From NCBI GenBank assembly GCA_002347155.1, contig DDXO01000113.1, positions 1,570 through 65,569 on the forward strand: a stretch of DNA of 64,000 nucleotides. Reading direction: 5' to 3'. Origin of the DNA: a candidate division WOR-3 bacterium UBA2258. GTDB taxonomy: Bacteria > Hydrothermota > Tepidihabitantia > Tepidihabitantales > Tepidihabitantaceae. The notes under the pieces are model-generated. The model searched no databases. It worked only from the letters and a program-made list of their open reading frames with translations, and was not told the DNA's origin. Positions 28,255 through 37,689 of this stretch are shown here, piece by piece. A program made the position numbers and the translations under genes. Position 1 is the stretch's first letter, and each line of letters starts with the position of its first letter.

Positions 28255-31059
28255 ATGGAATACATTGACGCGTTGACGAACTCACTGCCGTCTGTTAGGG
28301 CTCCGTTCGAACTGGGACGGGCCGCGATGAAATCCTGCAGTTGGGACAAGGCGATCGGTTTCTTCGAAGTTGCGTCGAAAGACGCGGCTGGAACCGAGCT
28401 CGTCGCGCTCGCGAGTCTCACCGGGCTTTGTCACCGGATGTCGGGCAGGTGGCGGGAGGCTCGGGCAAGTCAAGAGGAGTCGTCCCGGCTGGCAGACCAG
28501 TTCGGGGACAGAGAAGGAAAGGCGATAGCGCTGACCAACCTCGGACCGGCCTGCCATGCCCTCGGTGAACTGGACAAGGCTCTCAAGTACCACGAACAGG
28601 CCCTGGCAATGGCGGACGAGGCCTCGAATCCGCGCCTGCAGGCCGAAAACCGCCGCGGCATCGGGCTCGTATACCTTGCCAGGGGCGATACCGAAAAAGC
28701 CCTCAAGCAGCACGAGCAGGCCCTTACCACATACCGCGCCGCCAGGCACTGGCCGGGCGAGGTAGAGGCGCTTTGCGACGTCGGGCTCGCATTTCAAGCC
28801 AGGGGCGAGACTGACAGGGCCATCAAGCAATACGAGCACGCAGTGACGGTCGGCCGCGAGATCGAGTATCTGCCGGGCGTCTCGACTGCTCTCGGTTGCG
28901 CCGGGAAAGCGTACCGGGATGCGGCCAAGCCGGACAAGGCGCTGAAGTACCTGGAAGAAGCGCTGGCGACGGCGCGCGAACTCGGGGACCTCCCGGCTCA
29001 GGCAGACAATCTCGGCAACATCGGGCTGGCTCACCTTGCCCGACTCGACGCCAGCAAGGCCAAGATACCCCTCGAGCAGGCGCTCACGCTGCAACGCCGG
29101 ATGGGAAACAAACCGGGCCTGGCGGCAGCACTGAACGGCGTCGGGCAGCTATATGCGGCGACGCGCCGCCCTGACAAGGCCCTGCAGTCATTCGAGGAAG
29201 CGCTGGCGACGGCGCGCGCTCTCGCTAACCCGCAGTTGCAGGCAGCGAGCCTGAGTAACATCGGGCTTCTCCATCAGGCCGGCGGCAGGCCGGACAGGGC
29301 GCTGAAGTGCTTCGCGCAGGCCCTGCTCCTGTACGCAGCCATCGGTTCCCGTGCAGGTGTCGAACAGGCCACCAAGAGCGTGAAGCCGCTGGCGATGCAG
29401 ATGGGCGCAGAGCGATTCGCGGCCGGATGCGTCGAGGCCGGGATGCCGAAGCCCGATGCCGATAAGCTGGCGAAGCAACTGCTGTCGATAGCCCCGTCGG
29501 CGCCAAAGGTCGACCGCGAGGCGCTGGCGCGGCGCACCAGTGAGGAAGCCGAGGCTCGAGTCCGGCTTGAGGAGGAACGCAAACGCGCCGCGCACCGCGT
29601 CCAGGAGGAAGTTGAAGAAAAGACACGCGCCGAGGTGGAACGAACGAAGCGCGCTGAAGAAGAGCGCCGGGTCGCCGCGCAACGTGCGAAAGAAGAGGCT
29701 GAGGCCGAGCGCAGGCGCAAGGAAGAGGAGCAGCGACTCGCCGCGCAGCGCGCCCAGGAAGAAGCCGAGGCAAAGACCCACACCGAGGCGGAGCGTGCAA
29801 AGAAAGCCGAGGAAGACCGCCGGGTTGCGGCTCAGCGCGCCAAGGAAGAAGCCGAGGCCAGGCGCCGCGCCGAGGCGGAACGGAAGCGTCGGCAGGAAGA
29901 GCAGCGGATTGCCGCGCAGCGGGCGAAGCAGGAAGCCGAGGCCAGGGCGAAGGTCGAAGCCGAGCGCAGGCGGAAGGAAGAGGAGAGGATGGCCGCCGAG
30001 CGACGCGCCCGGGAGGAAGCCGAAGCCAAGGCCCGGGCCGAAGAGGCGCGCCGCCAGGCTGAGCAGCGCGCGAAGGCAGAGGCCGAATCGAGGGCCAGGG
30101 CTGAGGTGGAAATCAAGCGGCTCGAGGAACAGGAGCGCAAGCTTGCACAGGCACGAGCCAAAGAGGATGCCAAGGCCACGGCCCGGCTGGACGCGGAACG
30201 CAGGAAACTTGAGGCAGAGGACCGCAGACTCAAGGAAGACGAACGCAGAATCGCGGAACGGCGGGCGCAGATCGAGGCTGAGATGAAGGCCTATGCCGCC
30301 GCTGAACCCGACCGCCGGGAAGAAGAACGGAAGCTCTCCGAACGACGGGCGCAGCTCGAGGCCGAGGTTAAGGCCCGTGCTGAGGCCGAGCGTAAGCGTG
30401 AAGAAGAGGAACAGAGCGTCCAAGAAGAGGCCGAGGCCAAAGTCAGAGTCGAGGCCGAGCACAAGCGGATCGAGGAAGAAGCACGCGCACTGGCCGAGAA
30501 ACGCGCCCGGCTGACGGCCGAAGCGAAGGCCAGCGCCGAAATGGAACGCCGGCTCGCTGAGCAACGCGCCCGGGAGGAAGCCGAAGCCAGTGCCCGCGCC
30601 GAAGAAGAACAGCGGAAGCTCGAAGAAGAGGAACGCCGCCTAGCCGAGATCCGTGCCAGGGAAGAAGCTGAGGTCAAGGCACGAGCTGAAGAGGAGCGAC
30701 GGAAGCTCGAGGAAGCCGAACGCCGGCTGGCCGAGATCCGCGCCCGGGAGGAAGCCGAAGCGAAGGCCCGCGCCGAGGCGGAGCGGAAGCTGGCCGAACT
30801 GCGCGCCGAAGAAGTGGCCGAAGCCCAGGCCCGCGCTGAAGAGAAGCGCAAACTCCTTGAGTACCGCGCTCAGCTCGAGGCCCAGGCCAGGGCCCGCGCC
30901 GAGGCGGAACGCAAACGGGCCCAGGAGCAGGCCGAGGCCAAGGCCCGCCTGGAGGCGGAGGCCAGGCGAGTCGAAGAAGAAGAGCGGAAACTGGCCGAGC
31001 GGCGCGCCAGGCTCGAAGCCGAAGCCAAGGCCCGCGCCGAAAAGGGACGCAAGAAGTAA
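28255..31059 (+). CDS. TPR-repeat protein with ~520-aa C-terminal ER/K-rich (EAEAKARAEAERKRR...) low-complexity helical repeat domain
   Basis: N-terminal ~380 aa contain many 34-aa TPR-like units (ALKYHEQALAMA..., ALKQHEQALTTY..., AIKQYEHAVTVG...). From ~29520 onward the sequence is a near-periodic E/A/R/K repeat. Start trimmed to the ATG at 28255 (MEYIDALT). Confidence 0.7.
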   Translation: MEYIDALTNSLPSVRAPFELGRAAMKSCSWDKAIGFFEVASKDAAGTELVALASLTGLCHRMSGRWREARASQEESSRLADQFGDREGKAIALTNLGPACHALGELDKALKYHEQALAMADEASNPRLQAENRRGIGLVYLARGDTEKALKQHEQALTTYRAARHWPGEVEALCDVGLAFQARGETDRAIKQYEHAVTVGREIEYLPGVSTALGCAGKAYRDAAKPDKALKYLEEALATARELGDLPAQADNLGNIGLAHLARLDASKAKIPLEQALTLQRRMGNKPGLAAALNGVGQLYAATRRPDKALQSFEEALATARALANPQLQAASLSNIGLLHQAGGRPDRALKCFAQALLLYAAIGSRAGVEQATKSVKPLAMQMGAERFAAGCVEAGMPKPDADKLAKQLLSIAPSAPKVDREALARRTSEEAEARVRLEEERKRAAHRVQEEVEEKTRAEVERTKRAEEERRVAAQRAKEEAEAERRRKEEEQRLAAQRAQEEAEAKTHTEAERAKKAEEDRRVAAQRAKEEAEARRRAEAERKRRQEEQRIAAQRAKQEAEARAKVEAERRRKEEERMAAERRAREEAEAKARAEEARRQAEQRAKAEAESRARAEVEIKRLEEQERKLAQARAKEDAKATARLDAERRKLEAEDRRLKEDERRIAERRAQIEAEMKAYAAAEPDRREEERKLSERRAQLEAEVKARAEAERKREEEEQSVQEEAEAKVRVEAEHKRIEEEARALAEKRARLTAEAKASAEMERRLAEQRAREEAEASARAEEEQRKLEEEERRLAEIRAREEAEVKARAEEERRKLEEAERRLAEIRAREEAEAKARAEAERKLAELRAEEVAEAQARAEEKRKLLEYRAQLEAQARARAEAERKRAQEQAEAKARLEAEARRVEEEERKLAERRARLEAEAKARAEKGRKK

Positions 31060-31098
31060 TCCTGATGCCGGCGTCCGAACCGACGCCGTGCGACGCAT

Positions 31099-31121
31099 CG
31101 GGCGGGCATCACGCCCGCCCG
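31099..31121. terminator. GC hairpin (cgggcgggc-atcac-gcccgcccg) between convergent genes; possible bidirectional terminator
   Basis: Perfect 9-bp stem 40 bp after the TPR/ERK gene stop and ~90 bp beyond the 3' end of the minus-strand lipoprotein ORF. No clear U-tract. Confidence 0.4.
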
Positions 31122-31211
31122 ACCGCTACAGAGGCACGTCCGGCTATTGGGGTTCCGGCGTTCGGAATTCAATCGTTATTCGAGTTTCGGACTTCGGGTT
31201 TCGTCCTGCGC

Positions 31212-31613
31212 CTAGCCTCTGCTCGCCAGGTAGTCGCAGAAACTGCTGAGCCCGGACCCGACGCGCGGGCTGGCGCTGCGGACCGCGGGAATGGCCACAC
31301 GCATGAGCGCGACAGCCTGCGGCGATGTCAGCTTCTCGCTGGCCTTCATGTTGTGCTCGTTCAGGGCAACGGCAAAGGCGGCTGCGGCCCCGCCATAGTC
31401 CTTTCTGTCGACTGCCAGCCGGACTGCATCGGTCATGTGGTCGGCTGACTTCACGCCCGCTTTGGTCAGCGTGGATTGAAGCACGGCATAGGCCGCCTCC
31501 TCGCCGGCGACCCGGGCAGCCTGGCGAAACCAGCGGCTGTTGCAGCCCAGAACCGTGCAGCAGAGAACGGCGACCAGAACCGGCAGCGCGAAACGACGAA
31601 CGATGCTAATCAT
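31212..31613 (-). CDS. small putative lipoprotein, hypothetical
   Basis: N-terminal hydrophobic segment ending LGC (lipobox-like); 133 aa. Confidence 0.45.
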   Translation of the reverse strand: MISIVRRFALPVLVAVLCCTVLGCNSRWFRQAARVAGEEAAYAVLQSTLTKAGVKSADHMTDAVRLAVDRKDYGGAAAAFAVALNEHNMKASEKLTSPQAVALMRVAIPAVRSASPRVGSGLSSFCDYLASRG

Positions 31614-32703
31614 ATCCAGGTATCCTCCTGCAATGGCGTATCGTTCTACCCGCTGTTGACTGCTTTGTCAAGAAACCCGACTTCTCCCGATTCCGGTATT
31701 GAGAGGCACACCTGAGCTCTCACGGTTGGGCCGGCTCGACTGCAGTTTTAACCCGCCGGGCGTTCTCATTCCGTCCGTTCCTGCGGTGGCGCTGCTACTC
31801 GAGGGCGTACGCCCCCGAGTCGCCCTGCGCTTTCGCAGAGCCCATCCGAGGGCTCAGCAATACCGCTTGGGGAACCCTCGACACACGGAGGCTACCCGCA
31901 GCCTGCCGAATGGCCGCGCGGTGATTCCAGGACCGGCACCGGTTCCAGGGACTGCCGACAACCTCAGGCCCGGTTTGCCAACATAGCCAGCCCCCCGCAT
32001 CTCGGCTTCCCGCCGTGTCCACCATGGCGGTGGAGGCTGAGAAGACGCCGTAGTCCGGTTTCACCCGTCTCCTCGCAGGTGAGCTCATTAAACGGGTAGC
32101 GTCCCCATTTACGGTCCATTTACGGTCCAGGCATGATGCTCCTTCCACGCCCCCGCCGGTCACAGGCAGCCTGCAAACGCTAGCACCGGCAAGCACACAG
32201 GCGCGTGGTCCTATCACATCGTGATCATGGCTCGCAATGGCCAATGGAACAAGCGCTGCTGCGACCTAAAGCTAACGCTCATACATGCGGTGTTACTACT
32301 ACATCTACTACTTCCGCTAGAACCTGGGGTAGGACTTGACTTATGTCCCCAGTGCCCTGCCCGGGGGCTAGCCCCCGGCCACCCGGAGGTAGCACCGGTG
32401 GTCTGCGGTCAGAGTAAACGTCATCTAGTAGCAGGTCTACTACTTCAACTGATTCCTGTCATACCATGTCCGCAAGTATGATAGATTGTATCCTACAGCT
32501 ACAGGTTGCATATATGATAAGTAGTAGCTCTCCTCCCTCCCGACCATCCCAGTCCAGAGAGCGGTATAAGGTGCAGTCGGCCGTAAACCAGCACCGACAG
32601 AGCTTCTCTTCTGTGCCGTGAAGTCAACAGGTTAGACTCAAGTAAGACAGAACAAAGCGGCCCGAGGAGACGCGAGCTGCCGACTGTGAAAACGACTGCC
32701 CGG

Positions 32704-35274
32704 CTACTCGGTCAGAACGATCTTGCGAGCAACTCGCGGCCTGCTGCCGACTTGGGCTTGAGCTTGCGCGTGGGCTTCTCTCACAAAGTACACCCCCGGC
32801 GCCAGATGGCTGATGTCGTTCAGCCCGACACTCAGTACTGCCACCCTGCGCCCGGTCGCGTCCCATAACTCGCTCGCCACCCAGATCCGCATCGGTGTTC
32901 CGCGGCGGATTGCCGTCGGACCAATGCCTAGCGCCCGCTTCTCGGATGCCAGCTCCTCCAGCCCGACGAGCATGCTGTCACGTATCACGGGAATCACATC
33001 TCCGTATCTGTAGTAGTCGTACTGCGCTACGTAGATGCGGTTCGTGACACGGTTCAGCACGAGTGAGTTCTTCTCGGCGGCCATCGATGGTGGCAGCCGC
33101 ACCGTCGCAACCGCACTGTCGCCCCGCACGTCAATCACCAGAAGCGCTGAATCGGCCATGGAAGCGCAATAGACGAAGTTTCCGGTGTGGTCCAAGCACA
33201 TATCAGATATCATCTGCCCCACCCAGAAGGAGTCCACAAGAACGTTGGTCCTGGTGTCGATTATGAACATGTGTGAGCTGCCGGGCCAATGGCTAGGGTA
33301 GGCTACACCGCAATAGACCTTGTGCGAGTGCGGTGTATTGACGAAACTCACTCGGACGGCGTAGGGAATCCGCCCATGAAGGGTGCAAACCTCGGCGGGC
33401 TTATCCATATTCACGCTGCGTATGCTGGTTGTTGCCCCACCTGTGTATATCCTGCGGTCCGCTGGGCAGGCGACGGCGTCGTTGATGGTCCCTAGGGTAT
33501 CGGGGGCGGAGGCGACAATGCTGTCGCCCGCGCAGTCTATGGCCACCACGGACCACGTGCCAAGACACCACAGCGTGTTGTCCTCGGGCACGAGTAGCAG
33601 TTCGTAGATTCGCCCACCGTAAGCAGGAATGCTCACCACTTTGGTCAAGCTGTCGCGGTCGCAGTCGATGACATCTATGAAGTAGCCGCTGCGGGCCGGG
33701 TCGTAGGCGCAGGCGTACAGCTTGTTCAGACCCCTATGAAGTTGAGTGACGCGCACTTCGTTGTTCGTTATCACCTTGTGGACAACGGTATTCGTGGAGC
33801 AATCGTAGACGGTCACCGAGTTGCCGTGGCCGCTCCACGCCGCCGTGCTCCAATACAGTCGATTGTTGTTCGAGTTGTAGCAGAGCGCCGCGGGATTCTC
33901 GCCTGCATACGCATAGGAAGTGACGACATTCCGAGCGCAGTCGACTACCCCAACACTGCCGCACGCCGATGGCCCGTACATGAAGTAGAGTAAGTTGCGC
34001 ACGGTGTCCAGGACGATGCTCCCGGCCTTCATCGTCAGCGGAACAACGCCAGCGACGCTGTCACCCGTGCCATCGATGGCCGAGAGCAGACAGCCACCGT
34101 ACCGCTGGTCTCCACTGACTCGTCGCACCGGAAAGCAGTACAACCGGTTGAGACCCGGGCTCCAGCCTCCACCGGGTGGGACACCATCGACATAGACGCT
34201 AGTCAGCTGCTCGCCGGTCGTGCCGTCGTACATGAAGACCTCGTCGTAGTAGGTCCTGAAAAAGATGTAGAGCAGGTCCCGCGCGGTATTGCAGGCTAGG
34301 AAGGTGATGGGAAGTATGGTGATGGTCGTCTTAAGGACTGTATCCGCCGTACAGTCTATGCCGGTCAAGATGCCCCAGTCGCGGTCGGAACCCGTGCAGT
34401 AGATGCGGTTTCGCTGAGGGTCGCACGCCAGCAGCGGCTTCAGGCTGTCAAAGGGAAGCCGGGCAACAACACTGTCGCCATCAGTCCGGATGGCGAATAG
34501 GGTGTCGATAGTAGCAGCATAGACCTTCTGGGCGGTTGGATTCCAGCAGAGCGCAACAGCCGAACGAACCTCGGGCAGGACGACGACGACGCTGTCCGTG
34601 GCGCAGTCGATCACCGCAAGCCACCCGTTCCGACCGACGTACAACTTGTTTGAAGCTGAGTCGTAGCCGAAAGCTGACGCCGCCACGGGAATCGTGCCCA
34701 TCATTGTATCCGAAGCACAGTCGATGACGGAGATATGGTCGCCGCCGCAGTACAAGCGATCGTTCTGAGCGTTGTACTGCATGACCGGGACAATCCGGGC
34801 ACTGTGAATGGCTGACGTGATTTGGTACGTGGCACAGTCCACCACCACAACTGAGTCAACGTCTAACCTGGCAACGTAGAGCTTGCCGTGTGGCGGCACG
34901 TAGCAGAGAGCCTTCACTGGACCAGTAGAAACGCGGGCAAGTCTCTTGCAGGTGATGGCCTCAGCAACGATGACCCCACCGCTGTCGGCTTCTCCACCGA
35001 CGTAGAGCCGTGGATGCGCCGGATTCTCATCCCAAGCCAGGTGATACGGACCATTCAGCGGCCCGAGTGTGTCCGGTAGCTTGATCGTCGTTTCGAGATA
35101 CTGGGCCGAGAGGGGCGACGCAAGCAGCGCCCCCAGCGCCAGCACGAAAACCAGCACCTTTGGCCCCGTGAGGTGGCCGCAGATCAATCGTTCACGATTC
35201 CTCGGCGCATTCTGCGCCATCCGATACTCCGAGCCGGTGTGAACCCTGTTCATTCGAACCTCCACAGCGCCCAA
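32704..35274 (-). CDS. secreted YVTN-type beta-propeller repeat protein with T9SS-type (TIGR04183-like) C-terminal sorting domain
   Basis: Signal peptide; many repeats ending in LY/IY-x-G (NKLYVG, NRLYCG, NRIYCTG, NKLYACA, RRIYTGG). C-terminus GRRVAVLSVGLNDISHLAPGVYFVREAHAQ...RKIVLTE resembles the Por secretion CTD. Confidence 0.7.
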   Translation of the reverse strand: MGAVEVRMNRVHTGSEYRMAQNAPRNRERLICGHLTGPKVLVFVLALGALLASPLSAQYLETTIKLPDTLGPLNGPYHLAWDENPAHPRLYVGGEADSGGVIVAEAITCKRLARVSTGPVKALCYVPPHGKLYVARLDVDSVVVVDCATYQITSAIHSARIVPVMQYNAQNDRLYCGGDHISVIDCASDTMMGTIPVAASAFGYDSASNKLYVGRNGWLAVIDCATDSVVVVLPEVRSAVALCWNPTAQKVYAATIDTLFAIRTDGDSVVARLPFDSLKPLLACDPQRNRIYCTGSDRDWGILTGIDCTADTVLKTTITILPITFLACNTARDLLYIFFRTYYDEVFMYDGTTGEQLTSVYVDGVPPGGGWSPGLNRLYCFPVRRVSGDQRYGGCLLSAIDGTGDSVAGVVPLTMKAGSIVLDTVRNLLYFMYGPSACGSVGVVDCARNVVTSYAYAGENPAALCYNSNNNRLYWSTAAWSGHGNSVTVYDCSTNTVVHKVITNNEVRVTQLHRGLNKLYACAYDPARSGYFIDVIDCDRDSLTKVVSIPAYGGRIYELLLVPEDNTLWCLGTWSVVAIDCAGDSIVASAPDTLGTINDAVACPADRRIYTGGATTSIRSVNMDKPAEVCTLHGRIPYAVRVSFVNTPHSHKVYCGVAYPSHWPGSSHMFIIDTRTNVLVDSFWVGQMISDMCLDHTGNFVYCASMADSALLVIDVRGDSAVATVRLPPSMAAEKNSLVLNRVTNRIYVAQYDYYRYGDVIPVIRDSMLVGLEELASEKRALGIGPTAIRRGTPMRIWVASELWDATGRRVAVLSVGLNDISHLAPGVYFVREAHAQAQAQVGSRPRVARKIVLTE

Positions 35275-35580
35275 GGCGCCATGCTTCCCGGTCAGTCCAC
35301 AGACATCAGACCCGGCCTGTCATCAGCATCCTCACCGTAAGCCAAACCCGGGACCTCGCCCATTGGGCATGTCCCGTAAGGAACCAGAGACAGGTTGTCT
35401 GAAGATACCCTGCACCTGCACCTTGTCAAGCGCCGGCGCACCAAGGTTTCTGCATTCGTCCAGAGAGGCTTGCGCGTCATGTTATCAGGGGCACTTCCCC
35501 ATTTCCCTGCAAACAGGCGCGGCCTGCCCCGCTGACCTCGCGCTCCCGCGACAGGCAAGCCCGACCCTGCGGCACGCGGC

Positions 35581-36963
35581 TCACCGGCTGCCCGGTACTA
35601 CCTGCGGCCCCCGGATTCTCTCGAGTTTTGCCTTCAGTTGTTTGGCCACCGGCTCGTTTGGCGAACGCTTGAGCCACTCGTCGACGAAGGCATCGGCGAC
35701 GTCTTTCCTCTCGCCGCGCACCATCCAGTCGACCGCCTTGTGCCAGGCATCAGCCGCTTCGTCTTTGCTGGCAAGCGAGTCGTTGCGCTGGGCCAGCAGC
35801 ACGTAGAGGTTTGCGTAGTTCACGGCCAGGGGCGCGATCAAACGTGTCAGCGGCGACATGTTCTGCGGCCAGGGCGGCACCCGCTTCGGCCAGCGGAGCC
35901 GGTAGTTGCTCGTCAGATTCTCGATAAGACGGTCGTAGTCTACCGGCGCCGCCGGTTTCTCCTCAATCACGCGGGAGACAAGGCCTTCCCGTACCATCCG
36001 GTCCAGATACAGCTCGCTGATGATATTCCTGAGGGTGACCGCGAAGTAGACCGGCCGCCCGGCTTTGGTCGCGCTGGCGATGACGTTGGTGACCACCTGC
36101 TCCGACACCAGTTCCACGTGGTTCTCGCCCTTTCTCGGCACGAGGGAGTCTATCTCCTCGTCTGTGAAGGAAACCGGCAGGCCGAGCGAGTCCTTCATCA
36201 TCTTGACGACCGCAGGGATATTGAGGAGCGGCACGTTGGCGACGATCACATCCGGCCGGAACCGTTCGCGGCCGTTCTGCAAAGCCCAGAGCGGGTTGGT
36301 GGCGTTGTCGCCCTGGGTGAAGAGGATGGCGTTCGGCGCGAGGCCGACCAGCAGATTGTAGCCGAAGTCGAGCACCGGCTGCGGGTAGTAACGCTTCCGC
36401 CAGAGCTCGGAAGCCTGGTGCCTCGCGTCGGACAGCCGCCCCCGTGCCATGTAGCCGGACCAGAGTTGAAGGTTGGCGTGCGCGTTGAACGGATGGTCCG
36501 AGGCTGCAGCCTTGAGGTTGCAGCGCTCCGACTCGGCGTAGCGGGCCGAATCACTCACATCCGGGAGCGCTGCCAGCGTTCCCGTACGCAATGGCTGGTT
36601 GAGGTCCGCGTAGTTGAGGAGCACGCCAACCGCCTCCGAGTCGAGCTCCAGCGCCCTGCGTGCGTTGACCAGCGCTGAGTCCAGGCGGGAGATATAGCGG
36701 TACGTCATGCCCAGCCCATGGTAGGCCTCGGCGCTTTGCGGAAAGCGGTCGGCCAGGTCGCGGTAGATTGCCTGCGCCGAGTCGTATGCCGCTGCATAGA
36801 ACAACTGGTGCGCCATGGCCAGTTTCTCCTCGGCGCCGGGCTCGGTAGTCGGCTTCGTGATGCCCCAGCGCGTCCAGGCCGGGCTGGCCGCGCGGCGCCT
36901 GCCGCAGCCGACGCTGCCCGCGACTAGGACCACGCTGACTAGTGCTATGATTGTCGTTCTCAT
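35581..36963 (-). CDS. TPR-containing putative lipoprotein
   Basis: Start trimmed to MRTTIIALVSVVLVAGSVGCG (signal and lipobox-like); TPR units (AEAYHGLGMTYRYISRLDSALVNARRALELD). Confidence 0.6.
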   Translation of the reverse strand: MRTTIIALVSVVLVAGSVGCGRRRAASPAWTRWGITKPTTEPGAEEKLAMAHQLFYAAAYDSAQAIYRDLADRFPQSAEAYHGLGMTYRYISRLDSALVNARRALELDSEAVGVLLNYADLNQPLRTGTLAALPDVSDSARYAESERCNLKAAASDHPFNAHANLQLWSGYMARGRLSDARHQASELWRKRYYPQPVLDFGYNLLVGLAPNAILFTQGDNATNPLWALQNGRERFRPDVIVANVPLLNIPAVVKMMKDSLGLPVSFTDEEIDSLVPRKGENHVELVSEQVVTNVIASATKAGRPVYFAVTLRNIISELYLDRMVREGLVSRVIEEKPAAPVDYDRLIENLTSNYRLRWPKRVPPWPQNMSPLTRLIAPLAVNYANLYVLLAQRNDSLASKDEAADAWHKAVDWMVRGERKDVADAFVDEWLKRSPNEPVAKQLKAKLERIRGPQVVPGSR

Positions 36964-37071
36964 ATTACCTCCGTTAGTTCTGCTGGGGCGTGTCGCTGGC
37001 GTAGTCGATGCCCATCGGTGTGATAGCATTGAGACGCACTGCAGCGGCAAAAGTGTTCGGTCCCGGGCCGG

Positions 37072-37677
37072 CTAGTCGGACGTATCTGGCGCCAGCGCGT
37101 TGAGCGAGTCGATGTAGGCCTGGGTCAGGCCGGTCGAGTCGGTGACCATCTGCACGGCGCGCTGGACCATGTACATGTCGGAGCCGGCGGAGATATCCTT
37201 GTCTTTCACGATGCTGACAATCTGCTGCAGTTCGGCGTTATCGGTTATCGGTCCGAGGTCAAAGGTGTCGCCGGCGTCGGGTATGTCGCGGTACTTGTTG
37301 CAGCAGAAGGTGCCCAGGAGCGTCTTCGTCGTCAGAACCGTTGCGGTGACCGGCTGGTCTTTCAGGAAGAGCAGGTGCTGGGTCTGGCTGTTCCGGCGCA
37401 CAAGCAGCAGCCCGGCGGGCAGTAGGTCGCTCTCGGTGCCTGAGGTGCGCGAGACCGCCCTGAACGCGACGGTCATCGGACCCATGCGGCTCAGGTCCGG
37501 GTCACCGGTTATCGCGATGACGTTGATGTTCGGGTTGAGGGTGAATCGGGTGCCCGTCGGCTCGAATTCGGTCGGCGTAAGAACATCACATGCCAGAAAC
37601 AACAGGAGCAGCGCCAGCGTGCCGCGCAGCAAGAAGCGGGTATGGTACTCGTGGAACATATATGAGTTATAAGTCAT
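37072..37677 (-). CDS. lipoprotein, paralogue 1 of a CC-motif (TFCCN) family
   Basis: Lipobox LLFLAC. Shares LKD...TFCCN...D.PD..D architecture with 39531..40142. Confidence 0.5.
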   Translation of the reverse strand: MTYNSYMFHEYHTRFLLRGTLALLLLFLACDVLTPTEFEPTGTRFTLNPNINVIAITGDPDLSRMGPMTVAFRAVSRTSGTESDLLPAGLLLVRRNSQTQHLLFLKDQPVTATVLTTKTLLGTFCCNKYRDIPDAGDTFDLGPITDNAELQQIVSIVKDKDISAGSDMYMVQRAVQMVTDSTGLTQAYIDSLNALAPDTSD

Positions 37678-37689
37678 ACGGCCGGATTG

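Noticed and set aside
29188-30851. Long minus-strand and alternate plus-strand ORFs (29188..30564, 29540..30286, 30291..30851 and others) across the ER/K repeat
   Set aside because: The GAG/GCC-rich periodic DNA is open in nearly every frame. Only the frame continuous with the upstream TPR domain is credible.
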